Positions 47,351 through 53,708 of a DNA stretch of 53,708 bases are shown here, piece after piece (the first letter of the stretch is position 1; the number at the start of each line of letters is the position of its first letter). The notes below the pieces were generated by a model. It worked only from the letters and a program-made list of their open reading frames with translations. It was not told the DNA's origin and made no database searches. Location: assembly GCA_003559635.1 (NCBI GenBank), contig PWKU01000027.1, positions 1-53,708 of the forward strand, read 5' to 3'. The stretch comes from Candidatus Nealsonbacteria bacterium. Lineage in GTDB: Bacteria; Patescibacteriota; Minisyncoccia; Minisyncoccales; PWPS01. The position numbers and the translations under genes were made by a program.

Positions 47351-49060
47351 ATGGTGCAAAAAAAAGGTGAAATAATCAAGGTATCCGGACCACTTGTTGT
47401 TGCAAAAAACATGGAGGGTTCCAGTATTTACGAGGTTGTTAAAATTTCAGAAAAAGGCCTTTTGGGAGAGATTATTGAAATAAGAGACGGAGTTGCTTCA
47501 ATTCAGGCTTATGAAGAAACTTCGAACATTGGACCCGGTGAACCGGTGGAAAGAACAGGGTCACAGCTTTCGGTTGAACTTGGCCCTGGCCTAATGAGCG
47601 GAATATATGACGGTATCCAAAGGCCCCTTGAAGAACTTTTTAAAGCATCGGGTAATTTTATAACTCGCGGAATTAATGTTCCTGCTCTTGATTTAGAGAA
47701 AAAATGGAATTTTGTTCCCAAAGTAAAAGAAAAAGAAAAAGTAAAAGCAGGTGATGTTATCGGAGAAGTGGAAGAGATGTCTATCTTTCACAAGATAATG
47801 GTGCCAAATGATATTGAGGAGGGAGAAATTGTCTCTATTAAGAGAGGTGAGTTTACCATTGAAGACGAAGTGGCAAAAATTAGGACGAAACAGGGCAAGG
47901 AAAAAAAGATTACTATGACTCAGCGCTGGCCGATTAGACAAAGTCGTCCGGTTGCCAAAAAAATGGTACCCACATCTCTTCTTACTACCGGGCAAAGAGT
48001 GATTGATTCCTTTTTTCCAATAACCAAGGGTGGTTCGGGGTGTGTTCCCGGTCCTTTTGGATCCGGTAAGACGGTTGTATTACAGCAGATTGCCAAATGG
48101 TCCGATGCAGATATCATTATTTTTATCGGCTGTGGGGAGAGAGGAAACGAGATGACGGATGTTCTAAAGGAATTTCCGGAGCTAAAAGATCCTAAGACAA
48201 ATAAGCCTCTTCTTGAGAGGACGGTGCTTATTGCCAATACATCAAATATGCCGGTAGCGGCCAGAGAAGCCTCTGTCTACACAGGGATAACTATTGCCGA
48301 ATATTTCAGAGATATGGGTTATGATGTGGCACTAATGGCCGATTCTACTTCAAGATGGGCGGAAGCGCTACGTGAAATCTCTGCTAGATTGGAAGAGATG
48401 CCCGGGGAGGAAGGATATCCTGCATACTTAGGCTCGCGAACGGCCGGCTTTTATGAGAGAGCGGGGTATGTTAAATGCTTGGGGTCAGAGGGAAGAGAAG
48501 GGTCTTTAACTATCATCGGTTCTGTTTCTCCTCCGGGAGGTGATCTTTCGGAGCCGGTAACGCAAAATACTCTTAGAACGGTTAAAGTTTTTTGGAGCCT
48601 TGAGGACAGACTCGCTTATGCGAGACATTTTCCGGCAATCAATTGGCTTAATAGTTACTCGCTTTACCTTGATAATCTAAAAGAGTTTTACGAAGAAAAA
48701 GGAGAGAGCAGTTTTATGGAAAACAGGGAAGAAGCTATGAGAATTTTAAATGATGAATCAAGACTAGAAGAAATAGTGCGTCTTGTGGGCTTTGAATCAC
48801 TCTCAAATAAAGATAGATTAATTATGGAAGCGGCTAGAATTATTCGAGAAGACTTTCTTATGCAGAATGCGTTTGATGAGGTGGATACCTATAGCTCTTT
48901 CAAGAAGCAAAGCAGTATTTTGTCGATGATTATCGGCTTTTACAACAAAGGTATTGAGTTGTTAAATTCCGGGCAAAACATTAATGATGTTCTAAATCTT
49001 CCGGAAAAAAGTGAAATTGCAAAGGCAAAATTTATCCCGGAGGGAGAGATAGAAAAATAG
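47351..49060 (+). CDS. atpA: V/A-type ATPase catalytic subunit A
   Basis: VSGPLV, LSVELGPG, PGPFGSGKTV, GCGERGNEM, ANTSNMPVAAREAS, EMPGEEGYPAYL. Confidence 0.98.
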   Translation: MVQKKGEIIKVSGPLVVAKNMEGSSIYEVVKISEKGLLGEIIEIRDGVASIQAYEETSNIGPGEPVERTGSQLSVELGPGLMSGIYDGIQRPLEELFKASGNFITRGINVPALDLEKKWNFVPKVKEKEKVKAGDVIGEVEEMSIFHKIMVPNDIEEGEIVSIKRGEFTIEDEVAKIRTKQGKEKKITMTQRWPIRQSRPVAKKMVPTSLLTTGQRVIDSFFPITKGGSGCVPGPFGSGKTVVLQQIAKWSDADIIIFIGCGERGNEMTDVLKEFPELKDPKTNKPLLERTVLIANTSNMPVAAREASVYTGITIAEYFRDMGYDVALMADSTSRWAEALREISARLEEMPGEEGYPAYLGSRTAGFYERAGYVKCLGSEGREGSLTIIGSVSPPGGDLSEPVTQNTLRTVKVFWSLEDRLAYARHFPAINWLNSYSLYLDNLKEFYEEKGESSFMENREEAMRILNDESRLEEIVRLVGFESLSNKDRLIMEAARIIREDFLMQNAFDEVDTYSSFKKQSSILSMIIGFYNKGIELLNSGQNINDVLNLPEKSEIAKAKFIPEGEIEK

Positions 49061-49086
49061 GTAATTAGTCATAAGTATTTGTTAAA

Positions 49087-50469
49087 ATGTTTAAATATAA
49101 AAAGATAAAAGAAATTGCCGGATCTTTGGTAGTGGTTGACGGGGTTTCCAACATCAAATACGAAGAGCTGGTGGAAGTTGAATTAGAAGATGGGTCTAGA
49201 AGAACAGGAAGGGTTCTTGAGGCCAGTGAGGGTAAAGCTTTGGTGCAGATGTTTGAAGAAACTCGTGGGCTGGATCCTTCTTCTTCCAAAGTTTCTTTCT
49301 TGGGAAAGACGATGACCTTTGGAGCATCAGAGGATATAATGGGAAGAATTTTTGACGGCTCCGCAAAGCCGCTGGATGGACACCCTTATCCGATTCCCGA
49401 CAAAGAACTAGATATTAACGGTAAGCCGATTAATCCATATTGTAGGGAATATCCTGATAACTTTGTTCAGACCGGTATATCGGCAATTGACGGGTTAAAC
49501 ACACTAGTAAGAGGGCAAAAACTACCGATCTTTTCCGCCGCGGGGCTTCCTCATTCCGTTTTGGCTGCGCAGATTGCCCGACAGGCTAAAATAGCGGGAA
49601 ACTTTAGTATCGTTTTCGGAGCGATGGGAATTACATTTGAGGAATCAAGATTTTTTGTTGAAGAGTTCAAAAAGACAGGAGCCTTGTCTCGGTCGGTTCT
49701 TTTTATGAATATAGCGTCTGATCCGGTAATTGAGAGAATTACTCTGCCAAGACTAGCGCTTACTGTAGCGGAATATCTTGCTTATGAGAAAGATTACCAT
49801 GTTCTGGTGATTCTAACCGATATGACCAACTACTGTGAGGCATTGAGAGAAGTTTCCGCCTCGAGAAAAGAAGTTCCCGGAAGAAGAGGATATCCGGGAT
49901 ACCTTTATACCGACTTGGCGACGCTTTACGAGAGAGCGGGAATAATTAAAGGGAAAAAAGGATCTGTTACTCAAATTCCTATTTTGACAATGCCCGAGGA
50001 TGATAAAACTCATCCAATACCGGACCTTACAGGGTATATTACCGAGGGGCAGATTATGCTCTCGAGGGGAATTTATCAGCAGGGAATTTACCCCCCGATA
50101 GACGTTTTACCGAGTTTGTCGAGACTTAGAGATAAAGGAATTGGGGAAGGCAAGACAAGAGAGGACCATTCAGGGCTTGCCAATCAGCTTTTCGCATCTT
50201 ATGCTCGCGGGCAGGAGATAAGAGAGCTTACAGTTATTTTAGGGGAGTCGTCACTTTCAGATACCGACAGAGCTTATCTAAGATTTGCAGAAGGGTTTGA
50301 AGAAAAGTTTCTTGCTCAAGATATTTATGAGAACAGAGAAATAGAAGAAACTCTTGATATTGGCTGGAGTCTTTTGAGAATTCTCCCCCAAGACGAACTA
50401 AAGAGAGTTAAAGACAAAGACATAAAAAAATATTTAGAAACCAAGGAAGAAAATGAAACTCAAAGCTAG
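49087..50469 (+). CDS. atpB: V/A-type ATPase subunit B
   Basis: [55 protein letters not shown]. Confidence 0.98.
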   Translation: MFKYKKIKEIAGSLVVVDGVSNIKYEELVEVELEDGSRRTGRVLEASEGKALVQMFEETRGLDPSSSKVSFLGKTMTFGASEDIMGRIFDGSAKPLDGHPYPIPDKELDINGKPINPYCREYPDNFVQTGISAIDGLNTLVRGQKLPIFSAAGLPHSVLAAQIARQAKIAGNFSIVFGAMGITFEESRFFVEEFKKTGALSRSVLFMNIASDPVIERITLPRLALTVAEYLAYEKDYHVLVILTDMTNYCEALREVSASRKEVPGRRGYPGYLYTDLATLYERAGIIKGKKGSVTQIPILTMPEDDKTHPIPDLTGYITEGQIMLSRGIYQQGIYPPIDVLPSLSRLRDKGIGEGKTREDHSGLANQLFASYARGQEIRELTVILGESSLSDTDRAYLRFAEGFEEKFLAQDIYENREIEETLDIGWSLLRILPQDELKRVKDKDIKKYLETKEENETQS

Positions 50470-51070
50470 CCCTACAAGACAAGAGCTTTTAAAGATTAAA
50501 AAACGCCTCAAGACCGCTAGATCCGGCCATAAATTACTTAAGGAAAAGCTGGACGGGTTAATGAGGGAGTTTTTGGGCAGTGTAAGGGGACTAAAAGAGC
50601 TTAGAGAGGTCTTGGAAGAAAAAATTCCTCCGATTCTTTTCGACTTTTATATGTCTGGTAACAGGATAGGGGACGAGAAGGCGGAGAGTCTGATTGAACA
50701 TTTTCCATATGCTGAGAGTGATCTTTCTTTCTATAATGTGATGGGAGTTAGAATTAGGAAAATAGGAATCAGAAATGAAGAGAAAGTCCTAAAAACGGAG
50801 CTTTCAGTCAAAGCGACAGACTATGAAATGTATAATTCAAAACAAAAGAGCAATGAGATTTTTGATGATATTTTGAAATACGCGAACCTCACCATTAAGA
50901 TACGCCTCTTAGCAGAAGAAATAGAGAAAACAAGAAGAAGGGTTAATTCCTTGGAGCACATTTATATTCCCGAAATGGAAAGAATAAAAAAATATATTTC
51001 TCAAAAATTAGAAGAAAGAGAAAGATTTGATAGAACGGTTATTTTAAAACTGAAGGATTTAATTCAGTAA
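50453..51070 (+). CDS. atpD: V/A-type ATPase subunit D
   Basis: [39 protein letters not shown]. Confidence 0.96.
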   Translation: MKLKASPTRQELLKIKKRLKTARSGHKLLKEKLDGLMREFLGSVRGLKELREVLEEKIPPILFDFYMSGNRIGDEKAESLIEHFPYAESDLSFYNVMGVRIRKIGIRNEEKVLKTELSVKATDYEMYNSKQKSNEIFDDILKYANLTIKIRLLAEEIEKTRRRVNSLEHIYIPEMERIKKYISQKLEERERFDRTVILKLKDLIQ

Positions 51071-51134
51071 CTAAAAGATATAAGATCACCACACCGGAGA
51101 TTTTTTTCAAAAACTAGGAAAGCCGAAAACTTTA

Positions 51135-51180
51135 AGTTTTGATATTATTTGTAATTTGTAATATTATGCTTGTGATTTAT
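51135..51180. repeat. Right-arm remnant of the heptamer-periodic element
   Basis: TTTTGATATTATTTGTAATTTGTAATATTATGCTTGTGATTT resembles 16967-17009. Confidence 0.6.
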
Positions 51181-51225
51181 ACTTTTCAAAAGAAAGAAAA
51201 CTTTTTGAAAAACCCTTACGGGCTA

Positions 51226-51254
51226 TTGATTAAATATTGATTTTTTGTTATAGT
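51226..51254 (+). promoter_or_regulatory. Promoter for rpmF-nusB-rnc-rpsP
   Basis: TTGATT-17 bp-TATAGT with extended -10 TG. Confidence 0.65.
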
Positions 51255-51298
51255 TTACGGGTATTAGGAGAAACTTTTAATAGAAAATTGACAAAAAC

Positions 51299-51565
51299 AT
51301 GGCAGTACCAAAGCAAAGAAAGACAAAATCAAGGAGAAACCAACGAAGGATGCACATTCATTTGGACAAGCCGTCACTTGCTTCTTGCCCGCAGTGCAAA
51401 GAAAAGAAGCTAATGCACACTGTTTGCAAGGCGTGCGGTTATTACAAAAACAGAGAAGTTGTGGATGTATTAAAAGACAAAAAGTCTGCTTCGGACAAGG
51501 AAAAGCAAGAAGAAGAAAAGAAAAAACCTCTTACGGCGGAGTCTTTGTCTAAAAAGGATAAGTAA
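51299..51565 (+). CDS. rpmF: 50S ribosomal protein bL32 with charged C-terminal extension
   Basis: [31 protein letters not shown]. Confidence 0.97.
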   Translation: MAVPKQRKTKSRRNQRRMHIHLDKPSLASCPQCKEKKLMHTVCKACGYYKNREVVDVLKDKKSASDKEKQEEEKKKPLTAESLSKKDK

Positions 51566-51573
51566 TTTTGAAA

Positions 51574-52002
51574 ATGTCTTCTCGACATCTGGCACGATCA
51601 ATTGCTCTTCAGTCGCTCTATGAGTGGGATTTTGCGGAGAAAAAGAAGGAGATTGGGGGGATAATTGGAAAGAATATAGAAGAATTTAATGATGATGTCA
51701 AAGACAAGGATTTTGTTTATGATTTGGCCCAAGGAGTTGTTTCCAATGCCAAAGAATTAGATAAAATTATTTCCGAGGCGGCTCCCGAGTGGCCTCTTGA
51801 AAAAATTACCACTATTGACCGCAACGTTTTAAGAATGGGACTATACGAATTAATTTACGGAAATAAAGAAGAAGTTCCTCCTAAGGTTGCGATTAACGAG
51901 TCTATTGAGCTTGCAAAGCAGTTTGGCGGGAGCAGCTCAGGACGCTTTGTAAACGGTGTTTTGGGAACGGTCTACAAAGAAATTGAAAAGGAGATCGGTT
52001 AA
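51574..52002 (+). CDS. nusB: Transcription antitermination factor NusB
   Basis: [36 protein letters not shown]...FVNGVL; ATG 51574. Confidence 0.96.
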   Translation: MSSRHLARSIALQSLYEWDFAEKKKEIGGIIGKNIEEFNDDVKDKDFVYDLAQGVVSNAKELDKIISEAAPEWPLEKITTIDRNVLRMGLYELIYGNKEEVPPKVAINESIELAKQFGGSSSGRFVNGVLGTVYKEIEKEIG

Positions 52003-52010
52003 AAAGTTAT

Positions 52011-52727
52011 ATGGAAGAAAAATTTAGAGAATTAGAAAAGAAGATAGGAGTGGAGTTTAAAGACAAGAATTTGCTTATTCAGGCCTTTTGCCACCGCTCT
52101 TATTTAAACGAAAACCCCGATTTTAATCTTGGACAAAATGAAAGACTGGAGTTTTTGGGTGATGCGGTTTTAGAGCTGGTTGTCACCGACTATCTTTATT
52201 TTAATTACCCCGACAAGTCGGAAGGTGAATTAACATCGTGGCGCGCTTCGCTTGTAAACACGAAGGAGATAGGAGATACCGCGGAAAAGCTAAACTTTGA
52301 AGATTTCTTATTACTTTCCAAGGGGGAGGGCAAAGAAAATGGGAGAGCGCGGATCTGTATTTTGGCAAACACATTTGAGGCTTTTATCGGTGCGCTTTAT
52401 TTGGATCAAGGGTATGACGTTACAGCAGATTTTATTGAAAAGAATTTAATTACAAAACTGCCCCAAATTATAGAACTTGAGCTTTATCGCGACCCAAAGT
52501 CCGAATTGCAAGAAAAAACACAGGAGGAGGTGGGTATTACGCCGAATTATAAAGTTATCGAAGAATCGGGGCCCGACCACCAAAAGCATTTTGTTATAGG
52601 AGTTTTCCTCAACGAGAGAAATATTGGTCAGGGGGAGGGGTGGTCCAAAAAAGAGGCGGAAGAACAAGCCGCCAAAGAAGCACTAAATAAAAAGGAATGG
52701 CTACAAAAAAATAATAAACAAAGATAA
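52011..52727 (+). CDS. rnc: Ribonuclease III
   Basis: NERLEFLGDAVL, FEAFIGALYLD, dsRBD DPKSELQE..GPDH..SKKEAEEQAA. Confidence 0.98.
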   Translation: MEEKFRELEKKIGVEFKDKNLLIQAFCHRSYLNENPDFNLGQNERLEFLGDAVLELVVTDYLYFNYPDKSEGELTSWRASLVNTKEIGDTAEKLNFEDFLLLSKGEGKENGRARICILANTFEAFIGALYLDQGYDVTADFIEKNLITKLPQIIELELYRDPKSELQEKTQEEVGITPNYKVIEESGPDHQKHFVIGVFLNERNIGQGEGWSKKEAEEQAAKEALNKKEWLQKNNKQR

Positions 52728-52729
52728 AT

Positions 52730-53440
52730 ATGTTAAGAATCAGGTTTTTTAGGAAAGGAAGAAAAAAGCAACCCTCTTATAAAATAGTAGTAACTGATAA
52801 GAACAACCCTCCGGCAAGCGGAAGGTTTATTGAGGATGTCGGTTTTTATAATCCTTTGACCAAAGAATGCATGGTTAATGGGGAAAAAGTGGTTTACTGG
52901 ATGGAAAAGGGAGCACAACCTACAGACGTTGTTAAGAACCTTCTTATTAAAAAAGGAATAATTAAAGGAGAAAAGGTTAATGTGGTTTCTATTTCTAATA
53001 AAAGGAGAGAAAAAATAAAAGAGAAGAACAATGAAAAAGAAGCTTTGATACAAGAGAAGAAAAAAGAAGCAGAGAAAGAGGTTGTGCCGGGAGAAGGTGA
53101 TAGAGCTAAAGAAAATCAACCAGGAGAGGTAACTAAAGAGGCTAAAGAAATGGTGGAAGCTGTAAAAGACGAAGAGACTCAAGAGAAATCTGAAGTGACA
53201 GCAGAAGAGGGAGAAGAAAAGGAAGAAAAGGAAGCTACGGAAAAGAAAGATGTCAAGAAAGAGGAAAAAAGAGAGGAAGAAGAGGTAGAGCAGGTAGAAG
53301 AAGAAAAGGAAGAAACCAAAAAAGAAGAGAAAGAGAAGAAAGAAGCTAAAGAAGAAACCAAAAAAGAAGAGAAAGAGAAGAAAGAAACTAAAGAAGAAGA
53401 AAAAGAGAAGAAAGAAAAAGAAGGAAAAAAAGAAGAATAG
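52730..53440 (+). CDS. rpsP: 30S ribosomal protein bS16 with a long E/K-rich tail
   Basis: MLRIRF.RKGRKKQPSYKIVV, GRFIEDVGFYNP, WMEKGAQPTD.V. Confidence 0.95.
   Translation: MLRIRFFRKGRKKQPSYKIVVTDKNNPPASGRFIEDVGFYNPLTKECMVNGEKVVYWMEKGAQPTDVVKNLLIKKGIIKGEKVNVVSISNKRREKIKEKNNEKEALIQEKKKEAEKEVVPGEGDRAKENQPGEVTKEAKEMVEAVKDEETQEKSEVTAEEGEEKEEKEATEKKDVKKEEKREEEEVEQVEEEKEETKKEEKEKKEAKEETKKEEKEKKETKEEEKEKKEKEGKKEE
53306..53389 (+). repeat. 42-bp coding tandem repeat in the rpsP tail
   Basis: KEETKKEEKEKKEA then KEETKKEEKEKKET. Confidence 0.85.
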
Positions 53441-53623
53441 AGAGAAGGATCCTCCTTTATCAAAAATAAATTTTCGGATCTGAGACATTCATTTTCCTTA
53501 TTTTCATTATTGGGGTTGACCAAATTTTTAAAAAAGATAAACTAATGGTAGAAGCTTGCTGCTTAGAGGCAAGCAGAGTGGCTGAAAAGGTCGAGTTACA
53601 TTGTACGATAAAAACAACAAAAT

Positions 53624-53708
53624 ATGACTAACGAAACTTCTGATAAGGATTTCTTGGAGTTTATTGTGAAAAACTTGGTAGACAATCCAGACTCCGTAGA
53701 GGTTGAGA
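53624..53708 (+). CDS. khpA: KH-domain RNA-binding protein KhpA (5' part, truncated by window end)
   Basis: MTNETSDKDFLEFIVKNLVDNPDSVEVE..., located after rpsP as in the conserved rpsP-khpA order. Confidence 0.85.
   Translation, partial: MTNETSDKDFLEFIVKNLVDNPDSVEVE

Noticed and set aside
52733..53488. 251-aa F/L/S-rich minus-strand ORF
   Set aside because: Antisense shadow of the purine-rich rpsP tail.

Overview
Housekeeping-rich window from a reduced bacterial genome, most likely Patescibacteria/CPR (Parcubacteria-type). That assignment is inferred from short AlaRS/PheT, tandem adk, two mreB, no rplA after rplK, tRNAs lacking an encoded CCA and generally absent Shine-Dalgarno motifs. Gene content in order: end of the spc operon (probable rplO tail, secY, 2x adk, map), a RAYT/Y1 HUH transposase, galT, tpiA, alaS, the alpha operon (infA-rpmJ-rpsM-rpsK-rpsD-rpoA-rplQ), rplM-rpsI, murA, mreB, holB, frr, rseP, mreB, gatCA, three tRNAs, pheST, gyrB, secE-nusG-rplK followed directly by a thymidylate/deoxyribose cluster, gatB, a minus-strand dnaE-hyp-miaB-miaA block, rnhB, a complete 9-gene V/A-type ATPase operon with a Na+-type K subunit, and rpmF-nusB-rnc-rpsP-khpA. 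Most notable signal: the RAYT gene is bracketed by a perfect palindrome and carries a third copy of it, 33 bp long, as exactly 11 in-frame codons inside its own ORF. A compensatorily mutated copy lies about 31 kb away, and two other palindrome families with the same GG-NN-W-NN-CC core are dispersed in intergenic DNA. A second, unrelated class of heptamer-periodic inverted-repeat elements sits in several spacers and possibly inside rnhB.
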